64,000 nt of DNA from Verrucomicrobiia bacterium (GTDB taxonomy: Bacteria > Verrucomicrobiota > Verrucomicrobiia > Limisphaerales > UBA11358). The stretch lies in NCBI GenBank assembly GCA_035545995.1, contig DASZXH010000053.1:188521-252520 (forward strand), given 5' to 3'. Of this stretch, positions 27,795 to 39,200 are shown in pieces; positions within the stretch are counted from its first letter, which is position 1; each line of letters starts with the position of its first letter. A program made the translations under genes and the position numbers. Below the pieces are notes generated by a model that saw only the letters and a program-made list of their open reading frames with translations, was not told the DNA's origin and searched no databases.

Positions 27795-30140
27795 TTGCGT
27801 AGAGTGCGTTGTGTGAATCTCCTCAGTAAAACTCTTTTGGTTGCTTGGCTCGTCACTTCGGTTTGGGTCTGCACCGCGCAGAATCAAACCCTTCCCGGCA
27901 CCGCACCGCTGACAATGGAAGGTGATATTGCTTCAAATCTGGTCGCGGGCGTCCATCAATTCCTGCTGCGCAAACTGGATGAATCGGTGAATGACGAGGA
28001 GCGATTCTGGCACAGGGATTTTTCCTCATGGCAGGCATACAATCAATCCATAGCCACCAACCGGCAGCATTTGGCCGAAATCCTCGGCGTGTCCGACCAA
28101 CGTGTAGATAAGGTGTCACTTGAACTAATTACCACTCCGAACCGGTCAGCTCTCTGTGGACGCGGAAAAAACTACGAGGTATTCGCCGTGCGCTGGTCAG
28201 CATTCGGAGACGTAACCGGCGAAGGATTGTTGCTTGCACCGATTCATCGCGCACCTATCGCCAATGTTGTCGCTATTCCGGACGCCGACCAAACACCGGA
28301 ACAACTTGCCGGATTGACCGACGGCGTTGCGCCAGAGAGTCAGTTTGCGCGGCGTCTGGCCGAGAGCGGATGCCGGGTAATTGTTCCTGTGTTGATTAGC
28401 CGTCACATGGACCCTAAACGAGAGCTTTCCAACCGGGAATTCATTTATCGGCCAGCCTATGAACTGGGCCGTCACATCATCGGTTACGAAATTGAAAAGG
28501 TAATGGCGGCCATAGATTGGATGAATTTCCAAAGCACGAATTCCAACATCAAAACCGGTGTGATTGGCTGGGGCGAGGGCGGTTTGGAGGCGTTTTATAC
28601 CGCTGCTTTGGACTCGCGAATTCAAGCGGCGTGTGTCAGCGGTTATTTTGATGAACGCCAAAAAGTCATCTGGCAACAACCAATTACCCGCAACATCTTC
28701 GGTTTGCTGGAGGAATTCGATGACGCCGAGGTCGCCACGATGATTATTCCACGTAGCTTAATCATTGAAGCCGCCAAGGGGCCGGAGGTGACAATGCCCG
28801 GTGGCAACGCATATCTGCCGTCGCAAATTGGCAACGGCGCGCCCGGAGTGCTCACAACTCCCAAGCTGGATGACGTCCGCTCGGAATTTCAGCGAGCGCG
28901 CTCAATAGTGGATGGTTTGCATCCATCGCCAGACTTGCAGATGATTGCCAGTGGCGACGACGGGCAAGGACCATTTGGCAGCGAGGCTGCTTTGAGCGTA
29001 TTCTTAAGTGCATTGTCAAGCAATGCCAGTTTGGCGCCATCGGACCCAGCACCTGACAATCTTTGGCCTGATTTCGACCCAGCGGTGCGTCAAGCCGAAC
29101 AGTTGCACGAGTTGGATCGCTATAATCAATGGCTCTTGGCTGAGAGCAAATATACGCGCCAAAAATTCATGACTAAATTCGACACGACATCGCCTGAAAA
29201 ATTTCGCCAGAGCCAAGAATGGTATCGCGATTACTTCTATCGCCAGGAAATTGGACGCTTCGACGAACCGTTGTTGTCGCCCGAACCCCGTTCACGTCTG
29301 ATATACAACCAGACCAACTGGACCGGCTATGAGGTCGTGCTTAATGTGTTCTCAAACGTGTTTGCCAGCGGAATTCTTCTGGTGCCCAAAGACCTTAAGC
29401 CTAGCGAACGCCGGCCAGTCGTCGTTTGTCAACACGGTCTGGAAGGCCGACCGGAAGACACAATAACTGGTGACAGCCACTTTTATCACAATTTCGCTGC
29501 CAAACTGTGCGATCAAGGATTCATCACTTTCTCTCCCCAAGGCATATTTATCTTCGAGGATCGTTTCCGCACTCTTCAGCGCATGGCCAATCCGCTGGGC
29601 AAGACACTGTTCTCAATCATGGTGCCCCAGCAACAACAGATTACCGATTGGCTTGAAACACTACCATTTGTTGACCCAACACGAATTGCTTTTTATGGCT
29701 TGAGCTACGGCGGCAAGACAGCGATGCGTGTGCCGGCAATAGTGACAAACTATTGCCTGTCCATCTGCTCTGGCGATTTCAACGATTGGATATGGAAATG
29801 CGCCTCGACTATCAGCCCTTATAGTTATGTCTGGTCGCCCGAATATGAAATGTTCGAGTTTAACCTTGGCGAAACTTTTAACTATTCCGAGATAGCGGCG
29901 TTGATTGCCCCCCGCCCGTTCATGGTAGAACGAGGGCATAATGACACCGTTGCACCGGATGACCGGGTAGCATATGAATTCGCCAATGTTCGTTATCTCT
30001 ATGAAGCGCGCTTGGGACTTCACGACCAGAGCGATATTTATTGGTTTACCGGCCCGCATGAGATTTATGGCTACGATGACGTCGGAACCTTCAAATTTCT
30101 GCACGAACACCTGAATTGGCCTCCCGGCAACTTACACTAA
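27795..30140 (+). CDS. Large alpha/beta-hydrolase (putative carbohydrate esterase), two hydrolase-like halves
   Basis: Nucleophile elbow FYGLSYGGKTAM, a dienelactone-hydrolase/AXE-like context, and the signal LLVAWLVTSVWVCTAQ. TTG start, so the exact start is uncertain. Confidence 0.6.
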   Translation: MRRVRCVNLLSKTLLVAWLVTSVWVCTAQNQTLPGTAPLTMEGDIASNLVAGVHQFLLRKLDESVNDEERFWHRDFSSWQAYNQSIATNRQHLAEILGVSDQRVDKVSLELITTPNRSALCGRGKNYEVFAVRWSAFGDVTGEGLLLAPIHRAPIANVVAIPDADQTPEQLAGLTDGVAPESQFARRLAESGCRVIVPVLISRHMDPKRELSNREFIYRPAYELGRHIIGYEIEKVMAAIDWMNFQSTNSNIKTGVIGWGEGGLEAFYTAALDSRIQAACVSGYFDERQKVIWQQPITRNIFGLLEEFDDAEVATMIIPRSLIIEAAKGPEVTMPGGNAYLPSQIGNGAPGVLTTPKLDDVRSEFQRARSIVDGLHPSPDLQMIASGDDGQGPFGSEAALSVFLSALSSNASLAPSDPAPDNLWPDFDPAVRQAEQLHELDRYNQWLLAESKYTRQKFMTKFDTTSPEKFRQSQEWYRDYFYRQEIGRFDEPLLSPEPRSRLIYNQTNWTGYEVVLNVFSNVFASGILLVPKDLKPSERRPVVVCQHGLEGRPEDTITGDSHFYHNFAAKLCDQGFITFSPQGIFIFEDRFRTLQRMANPLGKTLFSIMVPQQQQITDWLETLPFVDPTRIAFYGLSYGGKTAMRVPAIVTNYCLSICSGDFNDWIWKCASTISPYSYVWSPEYEMFEFNLGETFNYSEIAALIAPRPFMVERGHNDTVAPDDRVAYEFANVRYLYEARLGLHDQSDIYWFTGPHEIYGYDDVGTFKFLHEHLNWPPGNLH

Positions 30141-30171
30141 CTTCAAATAAATAATCTTAATTTATGCGATA

Positions 30172-30240
30172 CCTATACCATAGGTCTATGACAAACCAAC
30201 CCCAATGTTTCAGTGACAAATTTGAATACTTTAGCCATAC
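30172..30240 (+). promoter_or_regulatory. Conserved upstream box, copy D (closest to consensus)
   Basis: CCTATaccATAGGtctatgacaaaccaaCCCCAATGtttcagTGACAAATTTGAATacTTTAGCCATac; ATG at 30313. Confidence 0.8.
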
Positions 30241-30312
30241 TTCAACCGTTCCAAAAAGCTGCAATGTAGTTTCAAAATTGCAGCTAAAGTAAAAATAAAA
30301 GCAAACAAACGT

Positions 30313-30990
30313 ATGAAAATATCCCTAAATAAACAGTTGTGCCAAATTAGTTTGGCATCGTTGATTCTTGTTGCAAGCGGGGCTGTAAGCCACGCTCAAT
30401 ATACCATAACCTTCAACAGCGCTGCCGACACGAGTTCATGGACAGATGCGGGTCAGACTGTCCACGTCACTTCCTCATTTGTGAATGACACTCCGTCGGG
30501 TCAGTCTCTTTCGACCGGTGCCTTGGGCTTTAGCGGCACCTATGGTCCAGGTGCAACTTTTGGCGGGCTTACCTATGTTTTCCCTGATATCAATGCCCTT
30601 CAATATGCCGATTTGACGTTTTGGGTCAAACAAGAGGGCACACCAGATCAATATGGTCAAATTCAATCTATACAGTTTAATCTTTCAAATTACGGCACTG
30701 GTCTCTATTCAACAGCGACTGTCCAACCAAACTATTCAGGGAGCGGATGGCAACAATTTGTCGTTCCCATCAGCAGTTTCGGTCAGCAAAGCTTGTTGAA
30801 TGACGTCAATCGAATCAACTTATACGTGTTTGATGGCAATTACACCGCCAGCACAACGATGAACATTGCATTCAGTAACATCGCGTTCACTAACCCGGTT
30901 CCCGAACCGTCTTCTTTGTTCATAGGTGGTGCTGGTGCTGGTCTGTTCGGATTCGTTTCTCTGATTCGCCGAAAAATTAATTTTAATTAA
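30313..30990 (+). CDS. PEP-CTERM protein made of one unclassified CBM-like beta-sandwich module
   Basis: The module motifs are FNSAADTSSW, SGQSLSTGALGF, YADLTFWVK, GQIQSIQ, SGWQQFVVP and FSNIAFT. C-terminal PVPEPSSLFIGGAGAGLFGFVSLIRRK is a PEP-CTERM signal. Confidence 0.8.
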   Translation: MKISLNKQLCQISLASLILVASGAVSHAQYTITFNSAADTSSWTDAGQTVHVTSSFVNDTPSGQSLSTGALGFSGTYGPGATFGGLTYVFPDINALQYADLTFWVKQEGTPDQYGQIQSIQFNLSNYGTGLYSTATVQPNYSGSGWQQFVVPISSFGQQSLLNDVNRINLYVFDGNYTASTTMNIAFSNIAFTNPVPEPSSLFIGGAGAGLFGFVSLIRRKINFN

Positions 30991-31016
30991 TTTCATAAAA
31001 CGGAATCATTTAACGC

Positions 31017-31054
31017 AAAACAGAGGGTGTTGGAGTTTGGCACTCTCTGTTTTA
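31017..31054 (+). terminator. Rho-independent terminator after the PEP-CTERM gene
   Basis: Stem cagagggtg (31021-29) / cactctctg (31041-49), 9 bp with one G-T pair, 11-nt loop, then tttt. Confidence 0.6.
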
Positions 31055-31078
31055 GTGTCATTTTGTGCGAATAAAACC

Positions 31079-33340
31079 ATGAAGATGTCTGTAAACTGGT
31101 GTCAGGCTGTCTTGGCCTGTTTGCTCTCTACCGCTGGTACTGGAACCGGTTATGGCCAGATTACCAACTGGGTTGCCACATTCAATTCCAGTGCCGACAC
31201 GGCCCTGTGGTCGCATCAAAGCGGCGATTCGGCAACCGATTATATAAGTTTTCTGGCCGGAGACGCCCCGCCGGGGCAAACCAATTCGAGCGGTTGTATG
31301 GTATTGCAATGTGCCTTTGGTCCGAGTCTTACTTGGACTGTAATTGGAAAAAATGTCCACGGCATAAATGTGAGCAACTGCACTGCTTTGGAACTCGATG
31401 TCAAAGTTGACCCCGCTCAGGCGGTTTTTGACACGTTCGGCAACGCTTGTAATTCATTTGAAATTACTCTCGGATGCGGTAGTTCAGACACATGGTTCAC
31501 CACCGATACGGGAGCTATCACCCCAATTGCTGCGTACAACGGCTGGGAACACATTGTTGTTCCAGCCAGCGCTTTTGCCGGTTACATCCAAGGAGTGAAC
31601 ACTAATTGGGCCAATGTTCAATGGGTTCTTATTGAGCCGGTTGACGGCTATTTCCCGATCACCACGAATATGGTTCTTAGAATAGCTAACGTGAAGTTCA
31701 CCGCTCCTGCCCCAATACCAGCCAATCCGACCATCAGTGTTAATGCCAGCAACACTGTTCGCACTGCCGACGCGCGTTGGTTTGGCATCAACACAGGCAA
31801 TTATGATTACGATTTCAACCTTCAACATACCATTCCCGAAGCCAATGAAGCCGGTTGGACAACGCTGCGTTATCCCGGCGGTTCAACATCCGACGCGTAT
31901 CATTGGGCACATGAAACTCAACTGAACAACACTTACGCCCATTTTGCGCAAGTTGCTACCAACTTGGGAGCCAATGTCATCATTACCGCCAATTACGGCA
32001 CTGGCACACCCGCCGAGGCGGCAGGGTGGGTCGCCGACGCAAACGTGACCAATCATTACGACTTCAAGTATTGGGAAATTGGCAATGAAGTATATGCCAC
32101 CGGGACAGAGATTGATTCCAACACTCCCGCGCACGATCCTTATACTTACGCTTCGCGCGCGGCGCAATACATCCAACAAATGAAAGCCGTTGATCCCGCC
32201 ATCAAAATTGGTGTTGTTGTGGTCAAAGGCGAACAACTCGACAACAACGGTTACACTAACCATCCGGCCATCAATTTGGTAACCGGCCAAGCCTTCACCG
32301 GCTGGACTCCCGTCGTAATGAGCACCTTGAGACAATTGGGCGTCGCTCCCGACTTTGCCATCTATCATTATTATCCCGAGAACTATCCATCTTCGCCAGA
32401 TAACGACCAGAAACTTCTGGTGATGAACAATTGGGCCGACGATGCGGCGGAGTTGCGCGGTGAAATCAACGATTTCTTTGGTCCAGCCGGCACGAACATC
32501 GAAATACTCATCACCGAAAACAACAATGATGCCGGTAATCCTGGCAAACAATCCGTCAGCCTTGTCAATGCCCTGTATTACGCCGATAGCCTCGGCCAAA
32601 TTATGCAGACGGAGTTCAATGCACGCATTTGGTGGCAACTACACGATGGCGGCCCTCCTTACACCACCGGGGACATGAACGCAAATCTCTACGGCTGGCG
32701 ACCCTACGGCGCTTTCGGCTTGATGGACTGGCAAAACGGTCTGGTATTGACTAATCGTTATCCACCCTTTTTCGCTGCTAAGCTAATCCACCACTTCATT
32801 GGCGGCGGCGACAAGGTGGTCAGCGTCTCCAGCGATTTGCCACTGGTTTCCGCCTACGCCGCCTTACGAACCAACGGTGACCTGACCCTCATGCTCATCA
32901 ACAAGAGCGCCACATCCAATTATCTAGCCAACATAGGATTGACCAATTACATGCCCGGTTCAACGGCCACGGTCTATTCCTACGGGATGCCGCAGGACAA
33001 TGCGGCCAAGGCCGGCGACAACAACTGCGACATCACAACCAATGCTTACAGTGTCAGCGCGAACTTTAATTACACTCTCGCGCCCTACTCCATTAACGTC
33101 ATTGACTTTTCATCGGCACCGGCGGCTCCCTTGCTCTCGGTTCTGCCGCTGTCCGAGTCCGGGCAATTTGTTTTCCAACTGGCCGGTCAATCAGGTTCCT
33201 ATGTGTTGCAAACTTCCACTAATTTATCAGACTGGACAACAGTGGCCACCAACACTTTGACAAACACTGTGCTTAACGTCACCAATCCCATCAGTTCAGA
33301 AACAGGCGTGCAATTCTGGCGCGCCGTGCAGTTTCAGTAA
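31079..33340 (+). CDS. Secreted clan GH-A glycoside hydrolase (GH51/GH79-like) with N-terminal CBM-like module and C-terminal beta-sandwich module
   Basis: Start moved to ATG 31079, because the track start 31037 lies inside the terminator hairpin. Motifs LRYPGGSTSDAYHW, KYWEIGNE (acid/base) and ILITENN (nucleophile candidate). Paralog of the gene at 40687..43512. Confidence 0.65.
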   Translation: MKMSVNWCQAVLACLLSTAGTGTGYGQITNWVATFNSSADTALWSHQSGDSATDYISFLAGDAPPGQTNSSGCMVLQCAFGPSLTWTVIGKNVHGINVSNCTALELDVKVDPAQAVFDTFGNACNSFEITLGCGSSDTWFTTDTGAITPIAAYNGWEHIVVPASAFAGYIQGVNTNWANVQWVLIEPVDGYFPITTNMVLRIANVKFTAPAPIPANPTISVNASNTVRTADARWFGINTGNYDYDFNLQHTIPEANEAGWTTLRYPGGSTSDAYHWAHETQLNNTYAHFAQVATNLGANVIITANYGTGTPAEAAGWVADANVTNHYDFKYWEIGNEVYATGTEIDSNTPAHDPYTYASRAAQYIQQMKAVDPAIKIGVVVVKGEQLDNNGYTNHPAINLVTGQAFTGWTPVVMSTLRQLGVAPDFAIYHYYPENYPSSPDNDQKLLVMNNWADDAAELRGEINDFFGPAGTNIEILITENNNDAGNPGKQSVSLVNALYYADSLGQIMQTEFNARIWWQLHDGGPPYTTGDMNANLYGWRPYGAFGLMDWQNGLVLTNRYPPFFAAKLIHHFIGGGDKVVSVSSDLPLVSAYAALRTNGDLTLMLINKSATSNYLANIGLTNYMPGSTATVYSYGMPQDNAAKAGDNNCDITTNAYSVSANFNYTLAPYSINVIDFSSAPAAPLLSVLPLSESGQFVFQLAGQSGSYVLQTSTNLSDWTTVATNTLTNTVLNVTNPISSETGVQFWRAVQFQ

Positions 33341-33364
33341 CGCAGAACAATTGGCACGCGACGT

Positions 33365-35812
33365 TCATATATTTGCGTTATTGAGTTTAAATACGCAGGG
33401 TAGTTCGCTAGGGCGGTTGGCGAGTATCTGCCATCGAGTCGGGAGACTGATGATGATTCCACCATTGGAATCATTGCGCCAAGATAAGGCTTCACTACTT
33501 CCCAACATCGTGACGGTTGCTCCCGGCGTGAGTTCAACTTTATGCAGCACCAATTCATTGCCCGGCCATTGGAGAGCGATGGCATAAATAATCGGGCCTA
33601 AATCACTGTGGGTAAGGCGCACGTTATCGCCGTCTTTCCAGCCGTCGCCCGGCAATGGATGGGTATGGAAAATGGCTTCGCCGTTAATCTTCAGCCAGTC
33701 GCCGGCGTATTGGAGTGCCGAGATGGCTTTGGGATGAAATTGACCTTCTTCATCAGGTCCTATGCCCACCATGAAATTGCCTCCCTTGGCCACCGCGTCC
33801 ACCAGATTGGTGACAATCCAATTCCCGTCTTTATATTTGCTGGCATCCGGTTCATAAGCCCAAATGCCGTCTCCGGCCAAAGGATAGATGACCATCCAAG
33901 GCATGTCGGTGTTTGACTTGGAGCCGGGCACAAATCCTTCGGGTGTGTAATAGTCACCGTAGTTGCCGATGCCGCGGGCACGGAACATTACGTCGGGCTG
34001 GATGCGGCGGATGATTTTCATCGTCTCCCGCAAATCCAACCAAGCGGTTTCATCATAATACTGGTCAAGATCAATGATGTCAATCTTGCCATATTGAGTG
34101 AGCAATTCGGTGAGTTGCTGGCGTGCGCGCATCACAAAATGGAACCATTGGTCAGGTTGCTCGGCTTTGTTGACGCGAGTATGCAAAGGATGGTCGGCGA
34201 AAGGGCGGAAATCAGCGTCATACCAATCCGGCAGTGAAAAATACAAATCAATCTTGACGTCATGACGACGGGCAGCATTGGTTATCTCCTTGACAATATC
34301 GCGGCGATACGGGCTGTCCATAATACTGTAAGCGAAATCGCATTCTTCAATTTCCGGTCCACCAGAGGCGGTCCAATTCACGCGGCGGCGCACGCGGGCG
34401 TGGGTGTCAAACATGGAAAATCCATCGTGATGTTTTGTGGTGAAGGCGACGACCTTGATGCCGTTGCTCTTGAACAATTCCATCCACTCGTCCGCGTTGA
34501 ACTTGGTGGGATTGAAGCTCTTGTAAAATTGCTGGTATGCCTGCCGTTGTTCGTTATTTAATCCCGGATGGCCACTGTCCGCCCGGACAAATGGCCACGA
34601 GGCGTTGCAGCCGTAACCCAGCTTTACATAGACTCCCCAATGGATGCGAACCCCAAATTTCATTTCCCGCAAAGCAGCACGGGCTTCGTCAGAAGCTTGG
34701 CTGTAATCTGGATTGGGCGTGTCCTCAATGTAGGGCTTGACCCGTTGGTAATGCACGTCCGTGGTGGGCAACTTGACATAATTGCGAAAAACTGGAAGAC
34801 CTCGATTCGCGTCAGCGGCGAAACGAAATTGCAAACCACCGATGATTTGGTCACTGGTAATCGTGGGACACCAATATTTCTCAATATGCCAGCCCACCAA
34901 GTCATTGGCCTCATAGTGGCTCACATAGGGCATCCGCTGCGGGTTATACATGGAATCGGTCAAATCCCGAATCAGCACCACGTTTTGTCCTTGATAGATC
35001 ATTTGCCGGATACCGAAAGGACGGCCTAGGATACACATATTTTCGGAAACGCCCATGATAATCACATTGGTAATGCCGCGTTGACGCATCAAGTAAAAGG
35101 CTTCACGACTGTCAGTCACGGCATCGCCCGGCTCAATTTGGATGGAGGCGATTTGCTGATGCCACGGCCAGGGCGGTTCGGTCGCCGGCTTGCAAGGCGG
35201 ATTATCATCACCGCCTCCGTCAGAATCATCAATGGGCAACGGCGCTTCGCGCGTTAAGTTGAGATTGCACCAGCCTGAGTCCAGCACGGTTCCTTGCGCG
35301 TCGGCTGGAATGGGCATTTCGACTGGCGGCGCGGCTTGAGCCAACTTGCGTTCTGGAGCTCCCTCGTAATGTTTCATTGTATCGCTGGGGCAGTGAATAA
35401 TCAGCACACCGCGACGACGCAATTCTTTGACCACATCATTGATGCGGGGAGCCATTTCCTCCACGCGGGCCATCGCGTTCCTTGACCAGTGCCGATCCCA
35501 CATGTCACAAATCACAGCAGCCGTGCGAAGCGGATCCCATTTGACTATGGTATAGGTCTGGTCCCATTTGTAAGTGCGCAAAGCTTCCTGCGAGCCACTA
35601 ATTTCATACGGGCCGGCGCTATTGATTTTGCGTAGTTGGCGCAAATTCAATTCAAACGGCTCATACGGCGCCACCTCGGGCAGCTTTGCTGCCATTCCAG
35701 AATTGGGAGGTGATACCTCGCTCTCGATTGCCGCTTTTAATTTGCCCTGTTTGAGTAGTTGCCACGCCACCGCCGCTTGAACGGTTTTCGTCAGAAATTC
35801 TCTTCGTTTCAT
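33365..35812 (-). CDS. Fusion protein: Tat-signal + isochorismatase-like (cysteine hydrolase) domain + GH29 alpha-L-fucosidase domain
   Basis: MKRREFLTKTVQAAVA is Tat-like. AAVICDMWDRHW..VIIMGVSENMCILG is isochorismatase-like. FGVRIHWG..TTKHHDGFSMFDT..DLYFSLPDW are GH29 motifs. Confidence 0.7.
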   Translation of the reverse strand: MKRREFLTKTVQAAVAWQLLKQGKLKAAIESEVSPPNSGMAAKLPEVAPYEPFELNLRQLRKINSAGPYEISGSQEALRTYKWDQTYTIVKWDPLRTAAVICDMWDRHWSRNAMARVEEMAPRINDVVKELRRRGVLIIHCPSDTMKHYEGAPERKLAQAAPPVEMPIPADAQGTVLDSGWCNLNLTREAPLPIDDSDGGGDDNPPCKPATEPPWPWHQQIASIQIEPGDAVTDSREAFYLMRQRGITNVIIMGVSENMCILGRPFGIRQMIYQGQNVVLIRDLTDSMYNPQRMPYVSHYEANDLVGWHIEKYWCPTITSDQIIGGLQFRFAADANRGLPVFRNYVKLPTTDVHYQRVKPYIEDTPNPDYSQASDEARAALREMKFGVRIHWGVYVKLGYGCNASWPFVRADSGHPGLNNEQRQAYQQFYKSFNPTKFNADEWMELFKSNGIKVVAFTTKHHDGFSMFDTHARVRRRVNWTASGGPEIEECDFAYSIMDSPYRRDIVKEITNAARRHDVKIDLYFSLPDWYDADFRPFADHPLHTRVNKAEQPDQWFHFVMRARQQLTELLTQYGKIDIIDLDQYYDETAWLDLRETMKIIRRIQPDVMFRARGIGNYGDYYTPEGFVPGSKSNTDMPWMVIYPLAGDGIWAYEPDASKYKDGNWIVTNLVDAVAKGGNFMVGIGPDEEGQFHPKAISALQYAGDWLKINGEAIFHTHPLPGDGWKDGDNVRLTHSDLGPIIYAIALQWPGNELVLHKVELTPGATVTMLGSSEALSWRNDSNGGIIISLPTRWQILANRPSELPCVFKLNNANI

Positions 35813-36096
35813 AGATTAATTCATTAAATGGAACAGTTAAATCATTAGACCGTTGAAAATAGCACCGTTCATTTTTCACGTCGCATCTAAACATTTCAAC
35901 AACGGTCGGGCTGATTGTTTGGTATATTCTTGCCATTTGTATTAGACAGTAATGAGGCACGTCTTGGAAATACGGGCGAAGCTGCCTGTTAATTAGGGCG
36001 ATGGTCAGGTGTGTCGCCTCTGCTCCAGTCTCGCTTGGGAATTTGGCCTTTGAAAAATGAACATCGCCAACCGCTCCAACTCGCCATTTTAAGCAA

Positions 36097-36166
36097 CCTA
36101 TCCCGCGGGAGTAGAACAATCCAGCCCCAATGTTTTAGTGACAAATTCATGTGTTTTAGCCATGCT
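36097..36166 (+). promoter_or_regulatory. Conserved upstream box, copy E
   Basis: CCTATcccgcgggaGTAGaacaatccagCCCCAATGttttagTGACAAATTCATGTgtTTTAGCCATgc; ATG at 36225. Confidence 0.8.
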
Positions 36167-36224
36167 ACTAACAATTCTTTAGAAACCAGTTATTATAATT
36201 CAGTCATCCAACGCAATTAAATCT

Positions 36225-39200
36225 ATGAAAAAAATCAGGAACCTCATGAAAACATTCTGCGCCAGGCATTTGTTTCGGGTAGGATTGGCAGGTTTATTTC
36301 TTGCCGTAAGCGCCACCGTTGGCTACGGCCAGATTAATTATACTTTCAACAGCAGCAACGACACCACCAATTGGTTGGATGCGAGTCAAAGTGTTACAGT
36401 CACTCCGTCTTTCATAGCCGGCGATGCTCCTCCGGGGCAGGCTCTTTCCACCGGCTCTTTGGGCTGGACAGGCACTTTTGATAATGCGGGTCATACCTTT
36501 GGCGGACTCAGCGTTTCGTTTCCTGCCACCGATTTGACCGGCTATGGCAATCTCGAATTTGATGTTAAGATCAAGGGGGCTACAGATCCCAACGGCCAAA
36601 TCCAAGAGCTACAGCCAATTTTGGTTCAAAGTGGCGCTGGCCCCGATGGTTCAACTTGGAATCAATCGAGCGTCACGATAGCGCTTACCACAGTTAGCAC
36701 TAACAACGGTTGGCAGCACATTGTCATTCCGCTCAACACCTACACAAATGGAACCTTGGGTAGTACTGTGCAACTCATGCTAGCTGTATTTGACGCCAAT
36801 TTTACAAGCGCAACAAGTGTGCAATTGGCATTTGACAATATCCAAGTCACTGGACAGGCGCCCACCGGGCTTACTTACTATGTAAGCATCTTCAATAGCG
36901 CCAATGATATTACTAATTGGCAGTTTATAAATAACTTTGACCCAACGGTCAGCAGTTCGTTTGTTCCCGGTGATGCTCCTACAAACGGACCGTCAACGGG
37001 TTGCATGGAGATGTCCGCTTTATTTAACACCACCTACTTTAAGTATGAAATGGCATATAGATTTGTTGATGCCGGTAGGCTTTCTCCAGCTCTCACCAAC
37101 TACAACGCCTTGGAATTTGACCTCAAGGTTGGCACCAACGGAGCCGGCCAGCTTTCGCCCTTGGATAGTAATGGTTATAACTGTCAGGAATGGGACTGGG
37201 AACTCGTTGTTAACGACAGCTATGTGAATGGTGGAGGTGGTAACATTGGGGCTCCCCTCACCAATAACCTTAGCAACAACGGTTGGTCACATTTCAGGGT
37301 TCCGGCCTCTGCTTTTGGATACTCTTCCGGCTATTTCGGAGGCATGATAAACGGCATGAATGTTACTAATATGTATCAGGTCAACCTCTACCCGCACGAT
37401 CCTAACTTTCCTTCAGATACGACTGTTTACTATAAAATCACCAACATCAAGTTCACAGGGCCTGGAGCTACACCAATTTACTCAGGTTTGAACAGTCGGA
37501 CAATCACCTATGGCGTCAATAGTGTGATATTGACGGGCACAGTGAGTGATGGCAATGGGAACTATTTGCCCAGCAACACTGTTGTTAGCGTGACTATCAA
37601 TGGTAAAACGCAGAGCACCAATATTTATGATTCGACGGGAGATTTCACCATCAATTACAACCTCGCCGGATTACCGCCCAGTTCCACGCCCTATACGATT
37701 ACTTATTCAAATGTCACCGATAATGTTACGTTCAGTGCTGGAAGTGATTCGAGTACGACTTTAACATTCAACAAAGTGGCGGTGCAGTTGTTCGGCACCC
37801 GTGCTTTTGACGGGACGGCGACCGCGTCAGCCTCGATTCTTTCGGTGGTGAACCTTGTGCCCGGAGATAGTTTGACATTGTCCGGGAGCGCCACGCTGGC
37901 CAGTTCTGCTGTTGGAACGCAACCCATTACTGACTTCAGTGGACTGACGTTGGGCGGCGCGTCGGCAGCAGGTTACACATTAGTCGGAGCCAGCGGATCG
38001 GTTTCGATAACAGCATCTGGCCCGGTTACACCCAGATTTTCAGGTTTAACTAGTCACACCATTACTTACGGGGCAACAAGTGTCGCGTTGACGGGTATAG
38101 TGAGCACCAACGGCACCTATCCGCCTAATGGCACTCTTATTACTGTGACCATCAATGGAAATGCGCAAACCACTACTATTTCCGATTCGACGGGAGACTT
38201 CAGCATCAATTATAATACTACCGGCCTGCCGGCCGGCACGTACACCGTCAACTATCAATCTGCCGTCGCAACTGGTTTTAATGCCGCAAGCGATTCGAGC
38301 ACCACATTGACGGTCAATAAGAGACCGGTAGCTTTGACTGGAACCAGTGTTTATAACGGGACGACAAGTGTTCCGGCATCCGCTCTTTCGGTGATAAATC
38401 TTATTGGCAGTGATAGCTTGACACTCAGCGGCAGCGTTGGGCTGGCAAGCGGCAATGTGGGGGTGGAAACCGTTGCTTCTTCCGGTGCATTAACATTGGG
38501 CGGCTCGGCGGTGGCGAATTATACTGCAGTCGGAGCCAGTGGTTCAGTGACCGTCACGCCGGCAACATTAACTTATGTGGCGACGCCAACAAGTCAGAAT
38601 TTTGGTTCGGCCAATACTAATTTCACCGGAACGGTAACTGGTTTTCTCGGCAGCGACACGTTAGCCAACGCCACGACAGGCACGTTGGCATTTACGAGCA
38701 GAATAACGCCAACCAGTCTGGGTATTTGGGGCATTACTGGTTCGGGTTTGTCGGCTGTCAATTATGTCTTTGTTCAGGCTGCTGGCAATGCCACTGCGCT
38801 GATGATAACGCCTTGCGGCCCAGTAGTCGCGCTTACTAACTGGGTTGGCATCTTCAACAGCGATGCAGACACTGCTGGATGGGTGACGAGCGCAGGCGCA
38901 GCAATCGGATATTTTTATCCCGACGCTCCTCCGTCAGGTCCTTCTACAGGCTGCCTAATTTGGGAAGCTGCCTTTGGCGGTGGAAATCCATCCTTCAATG
39001 GTATTTCGACGAACCTTCCCCATTTGAATGTCCGCAACTACACTACTCTTGAGATGGACATCAAGAATGAAGGTGTTTATGACCGATTCAGCCAAATTCA
39101 AGCGATACAAGTGAATCTTTCATTCGGTAGTGTTACGTTCAAAGCACCGGATATTCAGCTTCACAGCCCCGCGAATAGTGATTGGGTCCATTATTCGATT

